Assembly: GCA_038087875.1 (NCBI GenBank) | Contig: JAXLNO010000597.1 | Coordinates: forward strand, 1-64,000 | Direction: 5' to 3' | Source: Malacoraja senta | Taxonomy: Eukaryota | DNA: 64,000 nucleotides | Shown here: positions 51,114 through 63,084 of the stretch, piece after piece | Position numbering within the stretch: the stretch's first letter is position 1 | How the letters are laid out: each line of letters begins with the position of its first letter | Notes under the pieces: model-generated | Told to the model about the DNA's origin: nothing | What the model saw: only the letters and a program-made list of their open reading frames with translations | The model's database searches: none | Made by a program: the position numbers and the translations under genes

Positions 51114-53092
51114 GTCTCAGGGCATCCTACTAGTCCAAACCATTGCTACTTCAATAATCTTATTTTGACTTTCACTATGGACTGCATTTCACTGGATCTT
51201 TAGAAAGTGGGTCCCAATATAATACACATGGCCAGTGGAAGGCCAACTAATTTACTTAACGATTATCACAAATAAATTAAATTTAACTTAATATTAACAC
51301 ACCTTTTAATATTTCTGTTGTGTTTAACTTTTAACAATCTTTCAGATGAGCATTCAAATAGTCAAAATAATCAATTATGGAGCTTAGAGGATGGGGTCTG
51401 TAATCAATTATGGGGCTTAGAGGAAGTTGAAGAGTGCAGATTCCGCTACATCGTTAGATAGAATGAAGGACAAAGAATACTGCAGAGATCCTCTGCTGAC
51501 TGATATTGATTGCCACAAAGTTGTTCGTCTTTGCTGAGGTATCATGGATAAATAGGAAGAAAAAAACAACTCCCAATCCTCACTGTGTCATTTTATGTTC
51601 ACTCCAAACAAACAGTGTCTTTGAAGATGAAGGGGGATGAAATGTGATTATTCCTGGGGGGATTCAATTTCTCAATAACGCATAGACCTATCAATGCAGA
51701 AGCTTCAGTTCTGACAGACTAGTTATGTGAGTTACATTAATTTCACATCTTGCCTGTCAACATTTACATCTCTGCTTTCAAAGATCTCTGGTGACACTGA
51801 AGTAGTCAGAACAAATCTGAAGCTTACATTACGAGGGGGGGGGGGGTCTTGGAAGAAGTAAAATAATATTAATTGTTGAATGTAAAAGCCTTCATTCTTT
51901 TGCATACGTTATAACAACAGCAAATTAACATTGAAATGATTCCCATATTGTTCATTTGGAATAATGTTCTCATTTCCCACTATGATCTCTGGTGACATTG
52001 AAGAAGTCACTAGGTACAAATACACCAGGTACTTTACATATGTGGAATGCTCATTCTGAAGATGTTGCAAAGGAAAATTCCACACATTCATTCAATATTA
52101 AACATCTGAATCTACATTAATGTATTGTCCCCCAATGTTTAAATGCCCCTCTGTGGGTTTATCAAAGAAATTATAAAACTACAAAATAATCTGCCAATAA
52201 TCTACTAACTTGAATAAGTTTGCTTATCAAAAAGGACTTCCCGATGTAGACTCATCTGTGTAAAAAATTACATATGACAAACTGCTTCTCCATAACTGGA
52301 CTCCACAGAGCAAATCACTGCCATTTACAGTTATAGATCTTGAATGTGACAGATTTCCTAGAGGCTATAGTAATATCACTGACTTGTTATAAACTTCAAG
52401 CACTCAATATATTTTTAAAAAACAGTCTGTCAGCTGAAGGTGGTAAAATTGGAAAAACAATTCCTTTACACTTGCTCAGTTAGGGACGTTCTTAGGGTGA
52501 GAATATTAATGTTCGAATTTATACCAATACCTAAGCTTAATTTAGCTGATACTCCTGGTTCAAAACACTGCAACACTTCAATGACCGATAGTGCATCAAT
52601 GTCTGAACAACGTATTGTTACTTATGTTCTGTGAATGGAAATAAGGGTAGACCAAAGGGACTGGTCAGATGACCAGGAAAATTTTGCAAAGATTGGGAAG
52701 GGTAAGAAAATATACACAAAGATACAGTCAAAGAATGTCAATGGTGGTTCTCGTTGTGGAGTTATTCTCAATATTGAATGAAGGGAAAATATTTAGAAAA
52801 ATGTGGTGAATTAGCAGAGAGATAGTCTTGAAGGCAGTAATATGTTCAAGCATCTTAAAGAAGAAAGGATATTGTTAAATGGATCAACAGTCTGTAGGAG
52901 CAGTAAAGTCAATAGTGGATATGTTGATGCAAATGTTTATAGGGAGGCAGGAATTGCCAAAGAAGAGAAAATGATTTCCACTGCCATGTTACCATGGAAG
53001 ATAAATCCTTTGGACAATCGATGAGATGATCCTATTGAAAGTGCTTCCACCAGTTAGAAGCAACAGTCATGTGTGGCAAGATTGAACATGCA

Positions 53093-53620
53093 AGAAGATA
53101 GTCACAAATAGCTGGAGTAACTCAGCGGGACAGGCAGCATCTCTGGAGAGAAGGAATAGGTGACGTTTCGGGTCGGGACTGGTTAGGGACAAGGGAAATG
53201 AGAGATATAGACAGTGATGTGGAGAGATAAAGAACAATGAATGAAAGATATGCAAAAAAGTAATGATGATAAAGGAAACAGGCTATTGTAAGCTGTTTGT
53301 CGGGTAAAAATGAGAAGCTAGTGCGACTTGGGTGTGGGAGGGATGGAGAGAGAGGGAATGCCGGGGCTACCTAAAGTGAGAGAAATTAATATTCATACCA
53401 CTGGGCTGTAAGCTGCCCAAGCAAAATATGAGATGCTGTTCCTCCAATTAGCGTTTAGCCTCACTTTGACAATGGAGGAGACTGAGGACAGAAAGGCCTG
53501 CGTAGGAATGGGAAGGAGAATTAAAGTGTCCTTCAACCGGGAGATCAGGTTGGTTCACGGGGGCTGAGCGAAGGTGTTCCGCGAAACGATCGCCCAGTCT
53601 GCGTTTGGTCTTGCCGATGT
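53093..53620 (-). mobile_element. Penelope-like 3' fragment (GIY-YIG C-terminal half)
   Basis: ORF 53448..53645 YIGKTKRRLGDRFAEHLRS...HFNSPSHS. Confidence 0.85.
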
Positions 53621-53951
53621 ACGTGTAGCAAGGTTTTAAATACATACATTCTTTGCAAGTTTTCTTTTGTTATCCGTAAGATTTTTCATCAACTATTTCA
53701 TCAGTTTTAGCTAAAACTATTGATAGAAGATTTCTATGCACATTGCGTTAATCAAAGCCTAGAAAGGAAAATTGAAAAGACAACAGATTTATCTGAAATT
53801 TTCAAGTGAATATAATGTATTTTATCAAGCTTGGAACATAGTTTAGGGCCACTGTATATAGAAATTCAATCAACTCTGATTGTACTCAGCAAAATACAAT
53901 TAGCAATTGGATTCTTAAACTGTCTTCTATTGACATTGTTGTTGAGCATCA

Positions 53952-54268
53952 TGGACCTGTCCCAATTAGCGATTTGTTAGGCAACTGCCAGCGACTGTCA
54001 TAGTCATAGCAGATCGCCGAAAGACTGGCGACAACCTACGTCATCCTGGCGACAACCTGCAACAGCACTCACGTCAAGCTACGCTCATTGGCGTCAAACA
54101 CATTGTCGCCGAAAATTTATCAACATGTTGAAAATTTAGCGGCGACCAGAAGGACGCTACGACTTTTTAGCGACTGAGGAGACTACTCCCAGCGACCACC
54201 GGTGAACATGTGGCGACAAACTAGTCACCTGTAGTTGCCTAAAAAATCGCCTAAGTGGATCAGGCCCA
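53952..54268. mobile_element. PIF/Harbinger-like MITE copy 10
   Basis: TIRs tggacctgtccca / tggatcaggccca; perfect TCA duplication. Confidence 0.85.
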
Positions 54269-54270
54269 TC

Positions 54271-54778
54271 AGGAAGGACGTTCTTGCTATTGAGGGAGTG
54301 CAGCGTAGGTTTACAAGGTTAATTCCCGGGATGGCGGGACTGTCATATGCTGAGAGAATGGAGCAGCTGGGCTTGTACACTCTGGAGTTTAGAAGGATGA
54401 GAGGAGATCTCATTGAAACATATAAGATTGTTAAGGGTTTGGACACGCTAGAGGCAGGAAACATGTTCCCGATGTTGGGGGAGTCCAGAACCAGGGGCCT
54501 CAGTTTAAGAATAATGAGTAAGCCATTTAGAATGGAGATGTGGAAACACTTTTTCTCACAGAGAGTTGTGAGTCTGTGGAATTCTCTGCCTCAGAGGTCA
54601 GTGGAGGCAGGGTCTCTGGATGCTTTCAAGAGAGAGCTAGATAGGGCTCTTAAAAATAGCGGAATCAGGGGATATGGGGAGAAGGCAGGAACGGGGTACT
54701 GATTGGGGATGATCAGCGATGATCACATTGAATGGCGGTGCTGGCTCGAAGGGCCGAATGGCCTACTCCTGCACCTAT
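54271..54778 (+). mobile_element. 5'-truncated CR1 LINE 3' end
   Basis: RKDVLAIEGVQRRFTRLIPGM...FFSQRVVSLWNSLP...GYGEKAGTGY*. Confidence 0.92.
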
Positions 54779-55215
54779 TTTTTTATTAGAAGTGCAATTG
54801 TATACAATCATATTTTCACAATACATTTTATGTACAACTTCTTTTTTTTTTTTAATTATAATAAAGAAGAAAAATAAAAATAAATTAGATAATGAAGTAT
54901 AGAAAAATGTGAGATATATAGTGTGTGGAAAAGAAAAATAGAAAGTGAAAGAAGAAGTTAAAGAATTAAAAAAATAAGAAAATGGGAATAGAAGAAAAAA
55001 GAAAGAAAGGAAGTAAAATAAAAAAGAACTAAGGAGATCTTATTTATAATCTTGACCATCCCTCACCCAGTCACGAGTTAGCTTTTACAATTGTGTTGCA
55101 CCATATGATTCCAAAAAGATGACAAATGGAGACCAACTCGTTTTGAATTGGTCAAATTTATCTATTAGGAGAAATCGCATTTCCTCAAGATGTGCGGTGT
55201 CCAACGCATTTATTA
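54779..55215 (-). mobile_element. L1-clade LINE 3' end
   Basis: ORF 55085..55282 ends HLEEMRFLLIDKFDQFKTSWSPFVIFLES, resembling fish L1 ORF2 C-termini; T-rich 3'UTR and A tail on the reverse strand. Confidence 0.65.
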
Positions 55216-56231
55216 ATATTCTGATCCTTGCTTCTGTATGATTAAAACTGAACAATGGATTTGATTTTGGAAAGTTGTGCAAATTCAGTTTGGTCCAAAA
55301 TTTATCGTTAACGTAATGATGCAGGATATAATGAAATTTGTGAATTGTGCAGATTGCCTGATAATTGTGTCACTTCATTACAGTTCATAGCAGTTCAATT
55401 GATTCAGTGTGGGATCTAATACAACACAATTGGTTACGTGTCACGTGGTGAAAAAAAGGACTTGGCCTAACTCTCTGAATAATGAGATTTAAGGAGTTGA
55501 AAAAATTGATTGCATGAAAATTTGGAAGAACTGTAGCCAAATGGAAGCAATTAGAGAAATAAGGAGTGAAAGACAGACCATACTAAGAGAGGAAAACCAA
55601 AGTAAAATAAGAAAGATATTATATAAGTCAGCTGAGATTTTGAAATCCTTCAGGAACAATCTACAACCAGTAGATTGGCCCTTTCTGGGCCAAAGAGGTT
55701 AAATTGCATTACTGGACCTTATACATCATCATTAATATGGTACTTCATCTGTTAAGTAGCAACCATAACTTCTTGCAGAAATTTTAATAGGTGTTTAATG
55801 AGCAAATAATTTCATAAAAAGCACTTACAAGCTTTTGTTTTTACGAGGACAAATGGCATAAATCATCCAGCATTTTGCATTAAATCACAACTTAAAAGGC
55901 ATCTCCTCCTTGATCAAATTACCATTTGCCCATTAACCTTAACATTATTTTAACAATGAATGTTACATCAACTTGAATTTGTTTTAATCCCGGAAATCAA
56001 GTCCAGACATCAAAACTAAAAATGCTCAATGTACATCTCAGCTGATGAATGCCATCATTGAATGAAGTAATCTATTGATTATTCCATGGTTATACTTTGC
56101 AGAATTACACATTGAAAACAAATATTAAATAATAATAAAGTTTCAGTGTTGCACCTGTATACATAACCAGTTTAAAAAGCTGATGAACTGATTTCATTGT
56201 ACGCCATGATTCATTTCATTGTACTTCTCCA

Positions 56232-56845
56232 CATAGCACCCTGGAGGGGCGAAGGAAAACACCAAATGTAAACCTCCACTGCCTTGTGGCTATTACCTTA
56301 TTCAGGAAAGGTGAAGACTGGATCTGGCAGAATACGCGGAGGAGACCACCATTTGGCGGTCCAACGGGTCGGAAGGTGGACCCAGCAAAGCGTCGTGGAG
56401 TGTAATTAGGGCACAATGTTCACGTAGAACACTGGTGGCCATCCACTGCATCCTGACCTATCGCCAGCCCTCTTGACTATGTCTTGCCACTGGATCCAGA
56501 TAGGCCGGGACGAGAGAGTGAGGCTGACGATTTGCACAACTCTCCCTCAATTTAATCCAAGTCAAGCGCAAGTCATGACTTCAGGACCCGTACCGCCAAA
56601 CTGGGCGAAACAGGATCACCACAGGAGCGCGTGTAGCTGAGAAGAAGCGCACCGCAGAAGCTCAGAGGAAACGCGCCGCGTGCCAGGCTCGAGCCACTTC
56701 AACTTCTAGGGCAACGCCCACCCAACTGTGTCCCATATGCGGGCGAGCCTTCTGGGCCCGGATTTGTCTCACCAGTCACCACCGGACCCACAAACATAAA
56801 CACTGAAGTCATGGTCTCCTTCATCTACGAAGGACGAACAACAAC
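56232..56845 (+). mobile_element. Non-autonomous RTE derivative (non-coding head fused to ORF C-terminus)
   Basis: 3' part encodes ...EAQRKRAACQARA...CPICGRAFWARICLTSHHRTH*; tail gaaggacgaacaacaac. Confidence 0.75.
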
Positions 56846-57271
56846 TCCATGACTGTCCAATTACTAATTTCTAATATCTGGTGGCCTATTTTATACACTA
56901 CATACCAGAGTACATGTTGTACGTTAGGTCATTGTTGACCAATAAGCATCCTGTAATGAATCAGGATATCCTTTTATCCATGGCAAAGTAGCAAATGTCT
57001 GTGGTTATATTTGTAGGTCTGCAGCCACTCATTTGCCAAAAAAGTGGCAACCCAAGTTTGTAGTTAAGCCTCCAATGTTTTAAGTGTTCATTGTCAGCAT
57101 TGATTCTGCACCCACAAACAGTTTGTGAACTTCACCAGATAGAGAATCTTAAATTATGTATAATGGGTACTGTTATGACACTGAATTCAAGGAAGGGAAA
57201 GTGCCAATTGGCAATGGGGAGGGTTAGATTGCCATGACTGGATTTTGGACCATACTCCAGCTCATCTTAGT

Positions 57272-57830
57272 GAGCCCTAGTGAGACCACACCTGGAGTAT
57301 TGTGTACAGTTTTGGTATCCTAATTTGAGGAAGGACATTCTTGCTATTGAGGGAGTGCAGCATAGGTTTACAAGGTTAATTCCCGGGATGGCGGGACTGT
57401 CATATGTTGAGAGAATGGAGCAGCTGGGCTTGTACACTCTGGAGTTTAGAAGGATGAGAGGGAATCTTATTGAAACATATAAGATTGTTAAGGGTTTGGA
57501 CACGTTAGAGGCAGAAAACATGTTCCCGATGTTGGGGGAGTCCAGAACAAGGGGCCACAGTTTAAGAATAAGGGGTAAGCCATTTAGAACGGAGACAAGG
57601 AAACACTATTTCTCACAGAGAGTGGCGAGTCTGTGGAATTCTCTGCCTCAGAGGGCGGTGAAGGCAAGTTCTCTGGATTCTTTCAAGAGAGAGCTAGATA
57701 GGGCTCTTAAAAATAGCGGAGTCAGGGGATATGGGGAGAAGGCAGGAACGGGGTACTGATTGGGGATGATCAGCCATGATCACATTGAATGGGCCGAATG
57801 GCCTACTCCTGCACCTATTGTCTATTGTCT
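57272..57830 (+). mobile_element. 5'-truncated CR1 LINE 3' end
   Basis: ORF 57280..57759 RPHLEYCVQFWYPNLRKDILAIEGVQ...GTGY*; (CTATTGT)n tail. Confidence 0.92.
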
Positions 57831-57917
57831 TTACACCAAATCAATATTAAAATACTACTCGGGATATAAATTGCTATTGGAACCATCAGTTACCTAGACT
57901 GCAATGACTTTGTAAGG

Positions 57918-58212
57918 GAGGCACAGTGGCATATAATGGTAGAGCTACTGCCTTACTACGCCAGAGACCCAAGTTTGATTCCAACGAAAGGTGCTTGTCT
58001 GTACTGAGTTTGTACATTCTCCCTGTGACTTGCATGGATTTTCTCCAGGATTTTTGATTTCATCCCAAACTCCAAAGACGTACGGGATTGTAGGTTAATT
58101 GGCTTCGTGTAAATGTAAATTGTCCCTAGTGTGTGTAGGATAGTGTTAGTGTGCAGGGATCGCTGGTCGGTGCGGACACAGTGGCAACGATGTATCTCTA
58201 AACTAAACTAAA
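57918..58212 (+). mobile_element. V-SINE (diverged)
   Basis: Homologous to 21705-21990. Confidence 0.75.
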
Positions 58213-58882
58213 TAGAACCCTGAGCTAATTAGGTCCAGTTCCTGATCCTTCTCTATCAAATGCAATTTCTCGGGGTGATTAGTCAAGTCAAGTTTATTCG
58301 TCACATACGCATACGAGATGTGCAGTGAAATGAAAAGTGCAATGCTTGCGGATTGTGCAAAAAAAAAACTACAAAACAGAATGGAACAGAATCAGAATTA
58401 CATATCTGTGGGAGTAAAAAAAAGTAAAAAAAGAAAAAAAAGAAAAAGAGAAAAAAAAAGAGAATTTTTTTTAAAAAAAAAATTATAATTAATTATTAAT
58501 ACATAATTATGCCCATCACCTTTTCACCCATCACATAACAGCTATCGCCAGGCCAGAGAGTGTTGCATTCTCTAAACATCTCCTTTTTCCATAAATGTTT
58601 CACAATAAAAAATAAACATGCAGGTGGTTAATACATAACTTGAAAGAAAATGTGAGCAGCATGTAAAACATTCCTCAAAACTGGTGTGGTTGTGAATGTA
58701 AATTGCACCTCATTGTGTCCAAAACAGTGATGCCAAATTAGATTTTTGATTACCTCAAAATACTAAGTCTCCAGCAAAAAATAAATGCATACCACACCAG
58801 CTTGCAATGGGCATAGGTTTCATATTTTGTGGTATCAAAAAACATTATTTCCATCGATAACAACCAAATGAGGTAAATCTCC

Positions 58883-59078
58883 ATGGGTTTTCTCCGAGAT
58901 CTTTGTTTTCCTCCCACCCTCCGAAGACATAGAGATTTATTGGGTAATTGGCTTGGTATAAGTGTAAATTGCCCCCAGTGTTTGTAGGATAATGTTAATG
59001 CGCGGGGATCGCTGGTCCGTGCGGACTCGGTGTGCCGAAGGGCCTGATTCCACGCTTATCTCTTAACTCAACTAAACT
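58883..59078 (+). mobile_element. V-SINE, 5'-truncated
   Basis: gggttttctccgagatc...gccgaagggcctg. Confidence 0.75.
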
Positions 59079-59172
59079 ATTCTAAATATGCTAAATAAGT
59101 TAAAATATTGAGTAGTTCGCCGACCAATTCAGCAGTCAAAAAAAGGTTTGGACTTATTTGCTTTGTGAGTTA

Positions 59173-59698
59173 AGGGCCTGTCCCACTTGCATGCGATTGC
59201 ATGCTTTTGGCGCGACCAAACGGAAGCGGAGTTCACGCGAAGTTTGCGCTAAGTACGCAGTAAGTATGCGCTAAATATGCGCTAAGTTCGCGTGTGACGT
59301 CATTTGCGTCATACTTACCAATCAGCTGGGCAGGAGGCGGGCCGACTGAATTTGGCCGTCGCATGGCGTCGGGCGGTGACGTCATTATGCAATGGCACGC
59401 CGGCCGGTGACGTCATCGCGCAATGCCACGCGCTAGGCATACACCGTCAAGACGCTGCATAGCCGTCAAGACGCTGCGTACGACCGCAATGTGCCTGCGT
59501 GCCAACAGGCCGTTGGCGTGCTAAATGTTCTGACAGTGCAAGATTTTCGGAGCCCCGCGCGATGTCGTGATCAGCCCCGCACAACGCCATACGCCTCCGC
59601 GATTCTAAGTGGGACTGGCCCCGCGCGACCATACGCCTCAAGCGACCATGTTTGGTCGCGCCAGACGCATGCAATCGCATGCAAGTGGGACAGGCCCT
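59173..59698. mobile_element. PIF/Harbinger-like MITE copy 11 (CG-rich)
   Basis: About 49-bp TIRs agggcctgtcccacttgcatgcgattgcatgc...; flanks tta/taa. Confidence 0.9.
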
Positions 59699-59924
59699 TA
59701 ACAAAAGCAGCAATCACCTTACCACTAACCCAGTTCTTTGTCTGTCCCATCCCGCAACAACCCCTGCACTAGTTTCTATGGTTTCTTCATTCATTTGCAA
59801 AGCCATCCACTCATGTCCAATCCATTGAGAATGAATACTCCTCTTTGCAAAGCTCAGAAAGGACCGAAAACCTAGACATGGGGAAATGAAAGGTGAAATG
59901 TTCCACTGACCAAATGTGCCTTCT

Positions 59925-60187
59925 AAACAGGCCCTTCGGCCAACCGAGTCCATGCCGACCATCAATCACACGTTCATACTAATGTTATGTTATCCCACCT
60001 TCATATCCTCACACACTCGGGGCATTTTACAGAGGCGATTAATCTACAGACCTGAATGTATTTTGGATGGGAGAGAAAACTTTAGCAGCTGATGGAAACC
60101 AAGGGGTCACAGGGAGAACGTACAGAGACAGTATCCGAGGTCAGGATCGAACCCGGGTCTCTGGCGTTGAGAGGCAGCAGCTCTACC
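59925..60187 (-). mobile_element. V-SINE (diverged)
   Basis: aaacaggcccttcggc...ggatcgaacccgggtctctggcg. Confidence 0.7.
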
Positions 60188-60773
60188 AGTTTTGCATCAG
60201 TACCACCCTTGTTGCAGAATTTGGATTCAATTTCCTTTCGAAAACCTGGTGTCAGTAAGAACATGTGTGAATAAATGTGCAAGCTTCCCTGGAAGCCATA
60301 CTAAATGGAGCTCAATTGCTCATCACTTAGAGAGATTTTCTTGGCTATTGATGGCTGTTCTGTTGTTTTTTTTTGTTCAGTGGCTGTTCCTGGACTCCCA
60401 CGTTTATCTTGTTAAATGAGGAAGCCTGGGGCTTCCCATGGAGTCAAGTAATAGAACCCAAAGTTACTGGAATTGGAATTGGAATAGGTATCGGTTTATT
60501 ACTGTCACTTGTACTAAGGTACAGTGAAAAGTGTGTTTTCCAGGCAACTCATACCACACATGAATATATTAGGTGGGGCAAAAGAGAAAATAACCAGAGT
60601 GCATGATATGGTGTTAAATCTACAGAGAATATAGAACAGTACAGCACAGGAACAGGTCATTCTGTAGTAGTACAAACTGTAGTAATGAAATCTCGTTCAA
60701 GCCTTGGTTTGAATGACAATAAATAGCATTCAATTCACCTCACGATGTTTGTGCCGAACATGATGCTTAGTTA

Positions 60774-61432
60774 AGCCCCTGTCCCACTTACGTGTCCTTA
60801 GCACGCTAATTACGCGACCTCATGGTCGCGTTGAGGCTCGACGGTCCCGCGAAGGTCGCGCGCGATTTCATGCGTCCGCACAGCCGTCTGGAGCGCGTGG
60901 CATCATTTGAAGATGGACACAAAATGCAGGAGTAACTCATAGGGACCAGCAGCATCTCTGGAGAGAAGCAATGTGTGATGTTTGGTGTCGAGACTCTTCT
61001 TCATTGCTTCTCTCCAGAGATGCTGCCGGTCCCGCTGAGTTACTCCAGCATTTTGTGTCTATCTACAATTTTCTTGGCCCCGCTCTGGGAGTAGAAGTGG
61101 GGGCGGATCCGGACCGCAATGGCCGTGAGCCCCAGGCCGAGTTCGGCAATCGTTTGCCTGCTTCTGCTGCTGTTGGAGGTGAGACGTTGCGTCACGCCAG
61201 GGTCTTGGGCCTGTCCCACTTTGGCCGTCAGTTACGCGACAGGCTGTTGGCGCGCTAAGATTTCGTTCGCTACAAAAATTTCGGAGCCCTGCGCGATGTC
61301 GCGCACAACTACATACCCCTCCGCACTTCTCAGTGGGACCGGTCCCACGCGGCATACGATGCCCGTGCGCCTCAATGCGACGACGAGGTTGCGTAATTTG
61401 CGTGCCAAGGACACATAAGTGGGACAGGCCCT
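60774..61432. mobile_element. Composite PIF/Harbinger-like MITE copy 12, inserted in a CR1 3' end
   Basis: About 45-bp TIRs, perfect TTA duplication; holds a PLE palindrome (60910-61063) and an internal TIR copy (61208-61221); CR1-like sequence on both sides (60630-60770, 61436-61915). Confidence 0.88.
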
Positions 61433-61783
61433 TTAAGCTGATCTCATCTGCCTGTACTTGATCCATTCCCCTCGATTCCCTGCACTTCCATGAGCCTTTT
61501 TAAAAGCTTCTTAAACACCGCTATCTTATCTGCCTCCTCCACCAACCTGACAATACATTCCAGCACCCCCACTGTGTGGTAAATGTGCCCCGCACATCTC
61601 CATGAAACTTTCCCCCTCTCACTTTATAGTTACTGTATGCTCGCCAGTGTTGGACATTTCCACTCTGGGAAAAAGGTTTTGACTGTCTACCCCTTCAATG
61701 CCTCTCACAATTTTATACGCTTCTCCCCTCAAGTCTCCCCTCAACCTCCGACATTCCAGAGAAAACAACCCAAGTCTATCCAA

Positions 61784-61877
61784 GGTAGACATAAAAAGCT
61801 GGAGTAACTCAGCGGGACAGGCAGCATCTCTGGAAAGAAGGAATGGGTGACTTTTTGGGTCGAGACACTTCTTCAGA
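61784..61877 (-). mobile_element. Short PLE-end derivative
   Basis: 8-bp TSD ctatccaa (61776-61783 / 61878-61885). Confidence 0.8.
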
Positions 61878-61930
61878 CTATCCAACCTCTCCCTATAGCT
61901 GAAACCCTCTAATCCAGACAGTAAACCTCA

Positions 61931-62430
61931 TTTCCAGCATCTGCAGTTCCTTGGTACACAAAAATGCTGGAGAAACACCGCGGGTGCAGCAGCATCTATG
62001 GAGCGAAGGAGATAGGCAACGTTTCGGGCCGAACCCCTTCTTCAGACTAATGGGGTGCGGGGGGAGGCGGGGAGAAGAACGGAAAAAGGAGGAGGAGGAG
62101 CCCGAGGGCTGCGGGAGTGGAAGGGGAGGAGACAGCAAGGGTTAACAGAATTGTGAGAATTCAATGTTCATGCCCAGAGGATGCAGACTACCCAAGCGGA
62201 ATATGAGGTGCTGTTCCTCCAATTTCCGGTGTTGCTCACTGGCCGTGGAGGAGGCCCAGGACAGAGAGGTCGGATTCGGAATGGGAGAGGGAGTTGAAGT
62301 GCTGAGCCACCGGGAGGTCAGGTTGGTTAGTGCGGACCGAGCGGAGGTGTTTGGCGAAACGATCGCCAAGCCTACGCTTGGTCTCACCGATATACGCTTG
62401 GCGATCGTTTCGCCGAAAACCTCCGCTCGG
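61931..62430 (-). mobile_element. Penelope-like 3' fragment with inverted ends
   Basis: EQHRKLEEQHLIFRLGSLHPLGMNIEFSQF; hammerhead-like core at 62018-62045; fold-back 62337-62430. Confidence 0.85.
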
Positions 62431-63084
62431 TGAATGGGGTTAGGAGGGAGAGATAGATCAGCCATGATTGAATTGCGGAGTAGACTTGATGGGCCGAATG
62501 GCCCAATTCCGCACGTATCTCTTATGATCACTTATGATCTTATGACGTGCGAGCTGTGGCCTTAAACTAATGATCCACAAGAGATCCAATCCCAAGGCTC
62601 ACTGGTGCCAAGCAAGGCAATGCCTTTGTTCTGACAGTGTCGCAAATCTTGTTTGCCACAATGCTGCAGTCCATCAATTTCTCACTGTACGGGAGATAAT
62701 CTGCAGGACAACTTCAAAACTGTTCAATGTATATCATGTCTACTCCAGAACCATCAAACCATCCTATGGTATCAAACTGCAGTATGGTGGTTTTGAATGA
62801 GTTTGTTCAGTGACAAATCTCGACATCACCAAACCATATGAGAGCATGAGCCTCCACCAATCTTAATCTGCTGTATACTTTCTTACAATAAAGAATCATA
62901 ATGAACCCCTTGTAATCTGAAAACATTTCTCATATCCGGGTCACCACCACTTATTAAAGGCAGAGGTGGAGGATTTGAAATTCACCATCATCTTCACTGT
63001 GTCAAGCCAGCACTTAACTCCTAGTGTACTGAGCCGCAGTGATCCTTACTCTCCTGCATGTTGCTGTGTGGTCTTCATGTTCAT

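Noticed and set aside
50584..51203. His/Thr- and Cys/Val-rich ORFs
   Set aside because: Translations of a dinucleotide microsatellite
59169..59702. TTAA duplication suggesting piggyBac or Kolobok for the TIR family
   Set aside because: Only this copy can be read as TTAA/TTAA; five others give clean 3-bp TAA/TTA/TCA duplications
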